36,255 bases of DNA from an uncultured Terriglobales bacterium (GCA_964644115.1 CAZXVY010000001.1:1-36255); one strand, 5' to 3'; counted from the stretch's first letter, positions 16,281 through 25,694 are shown. The notes: a model not told the origin generated them from the sequence alone. A program made the numbers and translations.

Positions 16281-16864
16281 TCAGTCTTCCAGTTTTTCGC
16301 GGAGCCCTTTCAGCGCATTCCAGCGCGGGTCCTTGGGCTCCTCCGCGCACTGGCAGGTTTCCTTGTTCCGATTGCGGCCGCAGCGGGAGCACAACCCTTG
16401 CAGCCCTCACTACAAAGCGTCCTTGCCGGGGTAGCCAGCAGGACTTGCTCGCGCAGCACATCTTCCAGCAGCAGGCCCTCACCCTGGTAATACCCGATCT
16501 CAGTTTCGGCCTCGCTGATGCCGGTTTCGTCTTTGCGGGCGTCGGCGCCCAAGGGACGGTAGAGCAGATCGAATTCACTCTCGATCAGGCTTTCCACCGG
16601 CTCCAGGCAGCGTGCGCACCGCGCTTCGACGCGGGTGGATAACCTGCCCACTACGCGTATGTCGCGGATGATGCTCTTGCGCCCGTGGTCCTCTTCGATC
16701 AACTCGGCGCGCCCGGAAGCTTGGAGCGGCGTGCGATGCGCCACTTCAGGGCCCAGGTCCACCGCGCCCGGCCGAAACTGCTCCTGGAACTCCAGTTTCT
16801 GGACTACCAGGTCTTGAAGGCGGATGAGCATGGCGGCGTCCGGGGGCGGCTTGCGCCGATCCAC
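16281..16864 (-). pseudogene. yceD: YceD/DUF177-family protein with an apparent 1-nt deletion near 16394-16397, just before the C-terminal zinc-ribbon motif
   Basis: Track frame: ...RCARCLEPV...LLLEDVLREQVLLATPARTLCSEGCKG, then non-canonical CAPAAAAIGTRKP... Shifting one nt at caagggttgtgc gives (L)CSRCGRNRNKETCQCAEEPKDPRWNALKGLREKLED*, ending at 16281, 11 nt before rpmF. That is the canonical DUF177 tail. The N-terminal start is ambiguous (GTG 16864 or ATG 16831). Confidence 0.7.
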
Positions 16865-16871
16865 AATGCAA

Positions 16872-16892
16872 GGCCCCGCTTCTGGCGGGGCC
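16872..16892 (-). terminator. GC-rich hairpin ggccccgc-ttctg-gcggggcc downstream of the pilin gene
   Basis: 8-bp perfect stem read directly. On the minus strand it is followed by ttgcattgtgg, only a weak U-tract. It lies between the pilin stop (16956) and the yceD start. Confidence 0.4.
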
Positions 16893-16955
16893 GCGATGAA
16901 ATCTGAAGATCAAGAATACTGACCGCCGCTGCAGCCTGTCAAGGATGCGCCCGGC

Positions 16956-17438
16956 TCACTGCAAACTGCCGGTGCAGGTTGTGCCGCCCGTGGGATCAAA
17001 CGTGACCCTGGTGATCTGGTCGGAGCAAAAGCCGCGCACCCCGGTCTGTCCAGGCACAGCGGGCACGCCGGTGAGGCTGTAATCGACAATGGGCGAGCCC
17101 GGAACCGCGTTGATGGCGAAGTCGTAGCCGGACTTGCGGCAGGGCTGGGCGGCGCAACCCAGCACCTAATCCAGCAGTCCCGCCGCCGCAGGGCCGGCTG
17201 CAACTCCCGGCGCCGGGTCCGCCAGCTTGGCCATAGTGTCGGCGTAGCCTATGTTCGGGTAGGAAATGGAATAAGAGGTTTGGGCGGTGTTGATCTGGCG
17301 CAAGGAACTCAACGCTGAGGCTTCGTTGGCAGAAATCCGCGACCTCAGGAGGTTGGGAATGGCGATGGCAGCAATGATCAGGATGATGGCCACCACGATC
17401 AACAGCTCGATCAGCGAAAAGCCCTTATGCTGGCGCAT
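16956..17438 (-). pseudogene. Type IV pilin-like protein (prepilin N-terminal methylation motif) interrupted by an in-frame TAG at 17166-17168
   Basis: The N-terminus KGFSLIELLIVVAIILIIAAIAIPNLL is the classic class III signal plus hydrophobic helix. The ORF stops at ...AAAGLLD*. The next codon, in the same frame, is GTG, continuing VLGCAAQPCRKSGYDFAI...FCSDQITRVTFDPTGGTTCTGSLQ. That is a pilin-like globular C-terminal part with two Cys pairs. The two track ORFs 17166..17438 and 16956..17165 are contiguous and in the same frame. Confidence 0.75.
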
Positions 17439-17637
17439 AGTCGTACTCTATCCCCTTGAACAACGCTAATTTGTGACAACCCCTGGGGAGGGTACCTGGG
17501 AGGAGAGAGCTAAAGCATAACCACACAGGGTGACCCCGTCAACAGCAAAAATGCGGCTCCGGCCCACCTTCAGGCTGGCCCATGGTACACCCCTTGCCCT
17601 TCTCGGGTAACCCCTTCTCCCCTGCTACACTCGGGCG

Positions 17638-18762
17638 ATGCTCTCCGGATTCGCTACCCAAGCTGGCACTACCCGCTACCGCGACCGCTTCCCGCAACTG
17701 CATGAGGCCGGGCACTTTCGCCGGCGGGAAAACGTCCCCGGCGCCGGTGAACTGTGGCTTTCCTCCCTGGGCCTAGGCACATACCTTGGCGACCCCGACG
17801 ACGCCGGCGACCGCCGCTACACCGCCGCCATCGAGCTGGCGTTGCGCTCGGGCATCAACCTGCTGGACGCCGCGATCAACTACCGGCATCAGCGCTCGGA
17901 AAGGAACATTGGCCAGGCGCTGGCCAGCCTGATTTCCTCCGGAGAGCTGGCCCGCGACGAGGTGGTGGTCTGCACCAAGGCCGGCTACCTCTCCTTCGAC
18001 GGCGCTATGCCCCCCGATCCGCGCGCCTACTTCCGCAAGGAGTATGTGGAGCGCGGCATCCTGGATCCTGCCGAGATCGCCGGCGGCATGCACTGCATGG
18101 CCCCTCGCTATCTGGAAGACCAACTGGAGCGGTGCCGCAGCAACCTGGGCCTGGAAACCATTGACGTTTTCTACGTGCACAACCCCGAGTCGCAGCTCGG
18201 CGAGGTGAGGCCGGAGGTCTTTCGGCAGCGCCTCACTGCCGCCTTCGCCATGCTGGAAAAGGCTGTAGCCGCCGGCAAAGTGCGCTACTACGGCTGCGCT
18301 ACCTGGAACGCGTTCCGCGCCGGCCCTGGCCAGCGCGACGCCATCAGCCTGGCGGAAACCCTGGAGGCCGCGCGCCAAGCCGGCGGCGACCGCCACCACT
18401 TCCGCTTTGTGCAGCTTCCCTTCAATCTCGGAATGCCCGAGGCCTATGCCTTGCGCAACCAGAAATGGAACTCAGAGCCGGTCTCCACGCTCGATCTGGC
18501 CGAGCGCGCCGGCCTGGCCGTGGTGGGCAGCGCTACCCTGCGCCAGGGCCAGCTCACCGAGGGCCTGCCGGAGTTCATCGCGCAGAAGCTGGGCACGGAA
18601 AGCGACGCGGAAAGCGCCATCCAGTTCGCGCGCTCCGCACCCGGGCTGGCGGTGGCGCTCATCGGCATGAGCAGCCAGGAGCACGTCGCCGCCAACCTCA
18701 AAGTCGCCGCCCGCCCCATCAGCGACCTCGAGACCTGGAAGTCGCTGTTCCGCAAAGATTGA
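17638..18762 (+). CDS. Aldo/keto reductase family oxidoreductase
   Basis: Motifs SSLGLGTYLG, GINLLDAAINYR, VVCTKAGY and IDVFYVHNPE, with the (alpha/beta)8 AKR length. Confidence 0.88.
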   Translation: MLSGFATQAGTTRYRDRFPQLHEAGHFRRRENVPGAGELWLSSLGLGTYLGDPDDAGDRRYTAAIELALRSGINLLDAAINYRHQRSERNIGQALASLISSGELARDEVVVCTKAGYLSFDGAMPPDPRAYFRKEYVERGILDPAEIAGGMHCMAPRYLEDQLERCRSNLGLETIDVFYVHNPESQLGEVRPEVFRQRLTAAFAMLEKAVAAGKVRYYGCATWNAFRAGPGQRDAISLAETLEAARQAGGDRHHFRFVQLPFNLGMPEAYALRNQKWNSEPVSTLDLAERAGLAVVGSATLRQGQLTEGLPEFIAQKLGTESDAESAIQFARSAPGLAVALIGMSSQEHVAANLKVAARPISDLETWKSLFRKD

Positions 18763-18764
18763 CC

Positions 18765-19388
18765 GTGATCCGCGCCCTGTCTGCGAACTTCTTCGCGCGC
18801 GACCCGCGCCGCGTTGCCCGCGCCTTGCTGGGCAAGCTTCTAGTGCGGCGGCGCGGGAAGATACGCCTGGTGGGCCGCATCGTTGAGGTCGAAGCGTACC
18901 TGGGATGGGGCGATGCCGCCGCCCACGCCGCCGCCGGAATCACAGCGCGCAATCGTGTGCTGTTTGGCCCGCCGGGCCGCGCCTACGTCTATTTCATCTA
19001 CGGCGTCCACCACTGCCTGAACGTTTCCTGCCAGCCTGCGGGCAAGGCCGGATGTGTCCTCATCCGCGCGCTGGAGCCGGTGGAAGGCCTGGCCGAGATG
19101 GCCCGCGCGCGCGGCTTGCGCCTCCCCGCCGGCACGGCGGGACCGGCTTCCTCCCGATGGCTGCGGCAGCTCACCAGCGGCCCCGCCCGCCTGTGCGCAG
19201 CCTTCGGCATCACCCGCGCGTGCGACAACGGGCGCGATCTCACCTCGCGCTCATCCCGTTTGCAACTCGCCGACGACGGCTATCGTCCGCAGCCCATCCT
19301 TGCCACCCCACGCATCGGTATCCGCAAGGCCGCGGGCAGACGCCTGCGGTTTGTGATCGCGGGGAATGCGTTTCTGTCCGGAAGATAA
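18765..19388 (+). CDS. DNA-3-methyladenine glycosylase (MPG/AAG family)
   Basis: Motifs FFARDPRRVARALLGKLLV, GRIVEVEAY, AAHA, GRAYVYFIYGVHHCLNV, VLIRALEP and GPARLCAAFGI. A GTG 18765 (or TTG 18759) start overlaps or abuts the AKR stop. The long upstream part of track ORF 18465.. is out-of-frame overlap with the AKR gene. Confidence 0.88.
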   Translation: MIRALSANFFARDPRRVARALLGKLLVRRRGKIRLVGRIVEVEAYLGWGDAAAHAAAGITARNRVLFGPPGRAYVYFIYGVHHCLNVSCQPAGKAGCVLIRALEPVEGLAEMARARGLRLPAGTAGPASSRWLRQLTSGPARLCAAFGITRACDNGRDLTSRSSRLQLADDGYRPQPILATPRIGIRKAAGRRLRFVIAGNAFLSGR

Positions 19389-19414
19389 GTTCACCACGGA
19401 GGCACAGAGACACT

Positions 19415-19500
19415 GAGGGATTGAATGATTGAATCAGTGAATGATCGCGCCCTCGCAGCTTCTCAATGATTCAACGATTCAATCCCTCAATGATTCAATC
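19415..19500. repeat. Structured intergenic element, copy C (core-less variant): gagggattgaatgattgaatcagtgaatgatcg - loop - tcaatgattcaacgattcaatccctcaatgattcaatc
   Basis: Read directly. Same tgaatcattga-type units as copies A and B, with arms complementary (gagggattgaat / attcaatccctc). It lies between the glycosylase stop and coaX. Confidence 0.6.
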
Positions 19501-19530
19501 GCCCTCCCGTGTACAATTTCGCCAGACCCC

Positions 19531-20391
19531 ATGCTTCTCGTCCTGGACGTCGGCAACACCAACACCGTGCTCGGCTTGTTCGCCCACGCCGCCGGTCCCG
19601 ACGGCACGCCCCGCTTTGACCGCCTGCTGGCACACTGGCGCGTAGCCACCATCCGCACCCAGACGGTGGACGAGTACGGCGTGCTCTTTCGCAACCTGTT
19701 CGCACTCGACAAGGTGGAGGTCAGCGGTCTCCAGGGCATCATTATTTCTTCCGTGGTGCCGCCGCTGGATTCCACCCTGCGCGAGGTCTGTGAAAAATAC
19801 TTCGGAGCGAAGCCGCTGTTCGTCGAGCCGGGCGTAAAGACGGGAATGCCGGTGGTGACCTACAATCCCCTGGAAGTGGGCGCCGACCGCATCGTCAACG
19901 GCGTGGCTGCGTTTCAGAAGTTTGGCGGCCCCTGCGTGGTGGTGGACTTCGGCACTGCCACCAACTTCGACGTGATCTCGAAAAAGGGCGAGTACCTGGG
20001 AGGCGTGATTGCGCCCGGGATCGGAATCTCCGCCGAGGCCCTGGTGCAGCGCACCGCACGCCTGCCGCGCGTGGACATTGGCAAGCCCGAGCGCGTGATC
20101 GGCACCGACACCGTGAGCTGCATGCGCTCCGGCCTCTACTACGGATACCTGGGGCTGGTGGACGGAATCCTGGAGCGCCTGCTGGCCGAACTCGGCCCGG
20201 AAACCAAAGTGGTGGCCACCGGCGGACTGGCGGCAATGATCGCCGAGGGGTCGCGCTACATCCAGCAAGTAGACGACCTGCTCACGCTCGAGGGCCTGCG
20301 CATCATCTGGGAACGCAATGCCGCGGCCACGGTGCGGCCCCGGCCAGCCGGGGCGCGGCCCCGGGCAGGCGGGGCGGGGCGCACGTCGTAG
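19531..20391 (+). CDS. coaX: Type III pantothenate kinase
   Basis: Motifs [48 protein letters not shown] and ATGGLA. The track start 19441 translates the repeat element, so I prefer ATG 19531. Confidence 0.92.
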   Translation: MLLVLDVGNTNTVLGLFAHAAGPDGTPRFDRLLAHWRVATIRTQTVDEYGVLFRNLFALDKVEVSGLQGIIISSVVPPLDSTLREVCEKYFGAKPLFVEPGVKTGMPVVTYNPLEVGADRIVNGVAAFQKFGGPCVVVDFGTATNFDVISKKGEYLGGVIAPGIGISAEALVQRTARLPRVDIGKPERVIGTDTVSCMRSGLYYGYLGLVDGILERLLAELGPETKVVATGGLAAMIAEGSRYIQQVDDLLTLEGLRIIWERNAAATVRPRPAGARPRAGGAGRTS

Positions 20392-20399
20392 CCGCCGCC

Positions 20400-21104
20400 G
20401 TGGAAAACTACTTCAACTACTTCACCGAGATCGAAGAACACTTCCAGCGCCGCCGCGGCACCACCCTCTTGCTCTCCACCCTGGACTGGGCGCTGATCGA
20501 GACCTGGAAGGACGCCGGCATTCCCCTGGAAGCGGTACTGCGCGGCATTGATGCCACCTTCGACCACCACCAGCACCGCCCTTCCCGGACGCGCAAGATC
20601 AACGGCCTGGCCTTCTGCTCGCAGGAAGTGCTGGCCGCCGCCGAGGACATGCAGGAGGCTGCGGTGGGCGCCAAGAGCAAGGTGGATGCGGCCGCCTCCG
20701 GCCTCACCCCGGCGCGCATCGCGGCGCACCTCGCCGCCGCCGCCGCCCAGCTTGAAAAAGCGCATCTGCCGGCGGCAGCCCGCACTCTGGCTGCGGAAAC
20801 TGCGCGGACGTTGCGCGAACTGGCGCGCGAGCTGGCGGATGCTGTCGGGAAGAATGCGGGTCCCCCCCTCGAAGCTCTTGAGCGGCGCCTTACGGTGCTC
20901 GAAGAAAAACTGTTTGCCGTGCTGCTCTCGGCAACTTCCGATGAGGACGTTCTGGCGGTGCGCCGCGACGCCGACCGCGACCTCGCTCCCTACCGCCGCA
21001 AAATGCCCGCGGCGCAGATCGAGCAGCTCCACCGCCAGTATGTTCACAAACGGCTGCTCGACCGCTTCCAGGTTCCGCGGTTGAGCCTGTTCTACATGGC
21101 GTAG
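20400..21104 (+). CDS. Hypothetical protein (conserved-looking N-terminal domain, Ala-rich helical C-terminal half)
   Basis: 234-aa ORF with a GTG start 9 nt after the coaX stop. The N-terminus reads YFTEIEEHFQRRRGTTLLLSTLDWALIETWKDAGIPLEAVLRGID. I recognise no family. Confidence 0.55.
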   Translation: MENYFNYFTEIEEHFQRRRGTTLLLSTLDWALIETWKDAGIPLEAVLRGIDATFDHHQHRPSRTRKINGLAFCSQEVLAAAEDMQEAAVGAKSKVDAAASGLTPARIAAHLAAAAAQLEKAHLPAAARTLAAETARTLRELARELADAVGKNAGPPLEALERRLTVLEEKLFAVLLSATSDEDVLAVRRDADRDLAPYRRKMPAAQIEQLHRQYVHKRLLDRFQVPRLSLFYMA

Positions 21105-21129
21105 AGAGGAGCGGAGGGAAGGGCCCCGC

Positions 21130-21537
21130 TCACTCCTCGTACTGCCGGGCGCCAACCAAGATTGCCAGGATGAGAGCAGGCAGGGTTGCCGCCAGAAGGA
21201 CCATCAGGCCTTTCGTGGAAACCAATCCGAACGGGCCCCAGTTGGCTTTGGCCAGACAGTAGATGACCCACCAGGCAAACCCGGCTACGGCTGCGGTCTT
21301 CGGCCCCGGTCCGTAGCGAGGACGGATGGCTGCGTAAAGCCACATGGCCCATATGCCCATCCCCAGGTTCACCATGAGCGCGAACCCCAGTAAACCGCCG
21401 GTTGGCGCGGACAGCTTCGGGACCGCTGTTACCATGTCTTCGCCGGCAAGAACCAGGAGAACCAGGGAGAGCAGGCTCCAGACGAGGCCGGTTACCAGCC
21501 CGCAAACAACAAGCCGCCCCCAGTTGATTTTTCCCAT
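21130..21537 (-). CDS. Hypothetical small integral membrane protein (about 4 TM)
   Basis: 135-aa ORF with four hydrophobic stretches and SD gagg 5 nt upstream of the ATG. Convergent with the previous gene. Confidence 0.6.
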   Translation of the reverse strand: MGKINWGRLVVCGLVTGLVWSLLSLVLLVLAGEDMVTAVPKLSAPTGGLLGFALMVNLGMGIWAMWLYAAIRPRYGPGPKTAAVAGFAWWVIYCLAKANWGPFGLVSTKGLMVLLAATLPALILAILVGARQYEE

Positions 21538-21668
21538 GATGCCTCGTGCTGCTTACAGATCGGAGAGGGACCAGATTGTCGAAGAATATATCCCCTGTGA
21601 AAATGAGAGTCTATTCGTAGGGGCGGCAGTTCCTTACCTTTTACCTTTTACCTTTTGACTTTATTTCC

Positions 21669-22985
21669 ATGCAGCTCACGATCGACAAACTCATCTACGG
21701 CGGCGACGGCCTGGCGCGGTTGCCGGTCGACGAGCGTGGCCCCGGCAAGGCCGTGTTCGTTCCTTTCGTGCTGGGCGGCGAGAAAGTGGAGGCTGATCTG
21801 GGGCAGCAAAAGCCGGGGTTCGCGCGCGCCCGTGCCACCAGCGTGCTCGAGCCTTCGCCGCAGCGGGTTGCGCCCACATGTCCATACTTCGAAAAGTGCG
21901 GCGGATGCCACTACCAGCACGCCGGCTACGAGCATCAACTGGAAATCAAGGCCGCCATCCTGCGCGAAACCTTGCGCCGCACCGCGCGCCTGGAGTGGCC
22001 GGGAGAAATTCGCGTCCACAGCGCCCAGCCCTTCGAGTACCGCAACCGCGCGCGCCTGGCGGTGCGCGGCGGCCGCAACTTCGCGCTCGGCTACCACAAG
22101 TTCGGCGCCCGCGACCTGATGGCGGTGGAGCAGTGTCCCATCAGCTCGCCGCTCATCAATCGCGCCCTCGCGGCGCTGTGGGAACTGGGGCGCGCGGACC
22201 AGGTGGGCCGCGCGATTTTCGAAGTAGAGTGCTTCGCGGACGCGGAAGACACGCAACTGCTGGTGGAAGTCTCCGTCCTGGCGGAAAAGGAAGGCGCCGG
22301 CCGGGAATATCTGGCGGAGTTCGCCGGCTGGCTGCGCGAGCAGATGCCTGCCGTCGCCGGCGTGGCCGCGTTCCGCCAGTCGCGCGAAGGGCCGCTGGTG
22401 CGGATGGAGTTTCCGGAAAAGTTGGAAGCGAACCTGGGCGCAGACTCGCTCCTCTACCGCGCCGCTGCCGCGCAGTACCGGGCGAGCGCCGGCTCCTTCT
22501 TCCAGACCAACCGTTTTCTCGTGGACCGCCTGGCCGGCCTGGTTACGGGAGGCCGAAGCGGCACGCGGGCACTCGACCTCTACGCGGGGGTGGGATTGTT
22601 CTCGCTGCCGCTCGCGCAGACCTTCCGCGAGGTGACCGCGGTCGAAACCGCGCCCCTGGCTCACCACGACCTGCAACACAACTCTCCCGCGAACGTCACC
22701 GCGGTTCGCTCCACCGCCGACCGCTTTCTGGCAACTGTGCTCGAGGGCAGCGGCTACGACTTGGTGGTTGTGGATCCGCCGCGCGCCGGCCTGGGCGAAA
22801 AGGCGGCGCGTGCGCTCGCCCGGCTGGCCGCGCCGCGCATCACTTACGTCTCCTGCGATCCTGCCACGCTGTCGCGCGACCTGCGCGTCCTGCTAGAATC
22901 CGGCTACCGCGTGGAAGAGATCCATCTCCTGGACCTCTTTCCGCAGACTTTTCACATCGAAAGCGTGGTCCAGTTCGTGCGCTGA
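21669..22985 (+). CDS. TRAM-domain RNA (uracil-5-)-methyltransferase, RumA/RlmD family
   Basis: N-terminal TRAM-like beta domain, Fe-S cysteines CPYFEKCGGCHYQH...C, and SAM-MTase motifs LDLYAGVGLFSL, VVVDPPRAGL and YVSCDPATLSRDL. Confidence 0.88.
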   Translation: MQLTIDKLIYGGDGLARLPVDERGPGKAVFVPFVLGGEKVEADLGQQKPGFARARATSVLEPSPQRVAPTCPYFEKCGGCHYQHAGYEHQLEIKAAILRETLRRTARLEWPGEIRVHSAQPFEYRNRARLAVRGGRNFALGYHKFGARDLMAVEQCPISSPLINRALAALWELGRADQVGRAIFEVECFADAEDTQLLVEVSVLAEKEGAGREYLAEFAGWLREQMPAVAGVAAFRQSREGPLVRMEFPEKLEANLGADSLLYRAAAAQYRASAGSFFQTNRFLVDRLAGLVTGGRSGTRALDLYAGVGLFSLPLAQTFREVTAVETAPLAHHDLQHNSPANVTAVRSTADRFLATVLEGSGYDLVVVDPPRAGLGEKAARALARLAAPRITYVSCDPATLSRDLRVLLESGYRVEEIHLLDLFPQTFHIESVVQFVR

Positions 22986-23084
22986 GACGCTCCCCAACGC
23001 CGGACGGGAACCGCGTTTCCCAGAGACGCTGCGGGCTGCGTCTCGACCCCGGGTGCAGTCGGGCTTCGGCCCTCGAGGTGGAGA

Positions 23085-25694
23085 TTGGCGGCTCTTGCTT
23101 CCGCGCGCGCGCCGCGTCATCCGCTGCTGTGGGCGGCATTGGCTCTGGCGGCGGGAATCTTTGCCGGCACTCATCGGTGGCGACCGCCGCTGTGGTGGCT
23201 CATCGCCGCTGTGATTCTATTGGCCGCCTCCGCGTATTTCTGCGCCCGCCGCCCGTGGATCGCCCGAAGCCTGGCTCTGGCTGCGATGGCAGCTCTGGGC
23301 GCGCTGCTGCTCGCGGCGCAGCATTTGGTTCCGCCTTCGGCTCCCGCAACTCCGTTTACCGACGGCCGCGAAGCCGTGGTGACGGCGCACGTGCTGCGCG
23401 ACCCGGAGGTGCGCGCCACCGCCTGGGGCGGCCCGCGCCTGGTGGTGGACATTGAAACCGAGCACATCCAGACCGACAGCGCCACCTACGATGCCAGGCT
23501 GGGCGTCCGCCTCACTATCTACCAGGCCCAGGACGACAACACAAACCTGCGCGAAGAAGAGCTGCGCGAAGAAAATGATGCTGCGCTTCCCTTCCTTCGC
23601 CCCGGCGAGCGGTTCAGGTTCCCGGCACAGCTTCGTCCGGTGCGCAACTTCGGCAACCCGGGTGCGCTCGACATCCGCTCGATTCTGGAGCGCCGCGGCA
23701 TTGTGGCCCTGGCGTCGGCCAGCCGAAAAGAAGTGGAGCGTTTGCCCGGCTTCTCGGGCTCGCGCGTGCAAGCCGGGCTGGCGTCCTGGCGGCGCAACCT
23801 GCAATGGCGCATCCGGTCGCTGTGGAGTCCGGAGGACGCCGCCCTGCTCTCCGCCATGCTGTTCGGTGAACGGGTCTCCATCGAGCGCAGCCAGCGCCTC
23901 GACTTCCTGCGCACCGGCACCTACCACATCCTGGTGGTCTCCGGAATGAACGTCGGCATCCTCGCCTTGGTGGTGTTCTGGATGATGCGCCGCCTGCGCG
24001 CGCCGGAGGTTGTCACCACCGGCGTGGCCCTGCTGGTGTGCGCGGGATACGCGCTGTTGACGGACCAGGGTGTCCCGGTGCAGCGCGCCATGCTCATGCT
24101 GGCGCTGTATCTGGGAGCGCGGCTGCTGTACCGCGGCCGCGCCCTGCTGAACGCCACCGGCGGCGCGGCCCTGGTGCTGCTGGTGCTCGATCCGGGAGCT
24201 CTCTTCGACGCCGGATTCCAGCTCACGTTTCTTTCGCTGCTGGCCATCGCCGGCGTCGGGCTGCCGCTCATCGAGCGCACTTCGCATCCTTATCGCCGGG
24301 CGCTGCGCCACCTGGACGCGCTCGACTACGACGTTTCGCTGGAGCCGCGGCTGGCGCAGTTTCGTCTGGACCTGCGGCTGCTGGAGGGCCGGCTGGCGGT
24401 TTTCCTGGGACGGCGCTTTGCGCACGCGGCGCTGGTCGGAGGCAGTCGCAGCCTCCTGGCGCTCTACGACGTCCTGCTGATTTCCGCGCTGATGCAGGCT
24501 GCTCTCGCCCTGCCCATGGCGGTCTACTTCCATCGCGCCACCTTGCTGGCGCTGCCCGCCAACGCCGTCATCGTGCCGCTCACTGGAGTGCTGATGCCTG
24601 CGGCGCTGCTGGCCCTGGCCGCCAGCTACGTTTCGCCGGCGCTGGCCGCAATTCCGGCCGCGGTTGCGGAGTGGGCGCTGCACGGCATCACCGGGACGGT
24701 GGCGACACTCGGCGCACTGCAAGCCGCCGACGTTCGCGTGCCCGATCCAGCGTTCGCAGTCGCCGCAGCGGCAGTCGCGGCCGTGGTGCTGGCCATGCTC
24801 ACGGCGCGCCGCCGACGGGTGCTGGCCGTCGCGGGACTCGCGGCCCTGGTGGCAGCGGCGGTGGCGCTCGCCGTCTGGCCGCCCCAGCCGCAACTCCGGC
24901 CGGGCGTGCTGGAGGTGACGCTGCTCGACGTGGGCCAGGGCGATGCCATCCTGGTGGTCTCACCCCAGGGCCGCACTTTGCTGATAGACGCCGGGGGCTC
25001 GCTGGGCGGGCCGGCCTCGGATTTCGACGTTGGCGAAGACGTGGTTTCGCCGTATCTGTGGTCGCGCGGCATTGCGCGCCTGGATGCGGTGGCGCTCACC
25101 CACGCCCACGCTGACCACATCGGCGGCCTGCGCAGCGTGCTGGGCAACTTTCGCCCGGCGGAGTTGTGGGTGGGCGAGAACCCGCCCGTGCCGGTGTTCC
25201 GCGCGCTGCTGGAGGCGGCGTCCGCGCAGGGCGTGAGAGTGGCGGGCCGGGTGGAAGGAGAGAGTTTCGACTTCGGCGGGGCGCGCGTGGAAGTGCTGGC
25301 GCCGCCGCGCGACTGGAAACTGGCGGAACGCCCGCGCAACGACGACTCCCTGGCGCTGCGCGTCACTCTGGGCGAGACCTCAGCGCTGCTGGCGGGCGAC
25401 GTCGAGCGCCGCATCGAGCGCCGCCTGGCCCAACATGCGCCCGAGTCGGAATTGCTCAAGGTGGCGCACCACGGCAGCGCAACTTCCACTTCCCCGGAAT
25501 TGCTGGACGCAGTGCAGCCCAAGTTTGCCGCCATCTCCGTGGGATTCCGCAGTCCCTTCGGACATCCGCGGCCGGAAGTGCTGGCCCGCCTGGCGGAGCG
25601 CGGCGTGCGCACCTATCGCACCGACACCCTGGGCGCGCTGACTTTCTATCTGGACGGCAGGAGCGTGACCCCGCTGGTGGTCAGGGAAAGGTAA
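23085..25694 (+). CDS. comEC: ComEC/Rec2-family DNA internalisation channel protein with a C-terminal metallo-beta-lactamase domain
   Basis: Many TM helices and the competence-domain motif GTYHILVVSGMNVG. MBL-domain motifs are LDVGQGDAILV, LTHAHADHIGG and VAHHGS. TTG start at 23085 is uncertain. Confidence 0.9.
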   Translation: MAALASARAPRHPLLWAALALAAGIFAGTHRWRPPLWWLIAAVILLAASAYFCARRPWIARSLALAAMAALGALLLAAQHLVPPSAPATPFTDGREAVVTAHVLRDPEVRATAWGGPRLVVDIETEHIQTDSATYDARLGVRLTIYQAQDDNTNLREEELREENDAALPFLRPGERFRFPAQLRPVRNFGNPGALDIRSILERRGIVALASASRKEVERLPGFSGSRVQAGLASWRRNLQWRIRSLWSPEDAALLSAMLFGERVSIERSQRLDFLRTGTYHILVVSGMNVGILALVVFWMMRRLRAPEVVTTGVALLVCAGYALLTDQGVPVQRAMLMLALYLGARLLYRGRALLNATGGAALVLLVLDPGALFDAGFQLTFLSLLAIAGVGLPLIERTSHPYRRALRHLDALDYDVSLEPRLAQFRLDLRLLEGRLAVFLGRRFAHAALVGGSRSLLALYDVLLISALMQAALALPMAVYFHRATLLALPANAVIVPLTGVLMPAALLALAASYVSPALAAIPAAVAEWALHGITGTVATLGALQAADVRVPDPAFAVAAAAVAAVVLAMLTARRRRVLAVAGLAALVAAAVALAVWPPQPQLRPGVLEVTLLDVGQGDAILVVSPQGRTLLIDAGGSLGGPASDFDVGEDVVSPYLWSRGIARLDAVALTHAHADHIGGLRSVLGNFRPAELWVGENPPVPVFRALLEAASAQGVRVAGRVEGESFDFGGARVEVLAPPRDWKLAERPRNDDSLALRVTLGETSALLAGDVERRIERRLAQHAPESELLKVAHHGSATSTSPELLDAVQPKFAAISVGFRSPFGHPRPEVLARLAERGVRTYRTDTLGALTFYLDGRSVTPLVVRER

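Noticed and set aside
17439-17520. Sigma-54 (GG-N10-GC) promoter upstream of the pilin gene, as is common for type IV pilins
   Set aside because: The best candidate on the minus strand (ttgtcacaaattagcg) lacks the GG dinucleotide and has the wrong spacing. A TAGAGT box 6 nt from the ATG is a better-supported signal.
21632-21659. Tandem heptamer ccttaccttttaccttttaccttttgac in the divergent spacer upstream of the RumA-type gene
   Set aside because: It is a real microsatellite-like repeat (cttttac x3), but short and unique in the window. I cannot tie it to a promoter or any function.
21878-25114. Long alternative-frame ORFs over rlmD/comEC (21878..23455 +, 23217..24893 -, 24038..25114 +, 24626..25612 -)
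   Set aside because: These are Arg/Pro/Gly-rich low-complexity translations overlapping genes with clear catalytic motifs. They are GC-rich frame artefacts.
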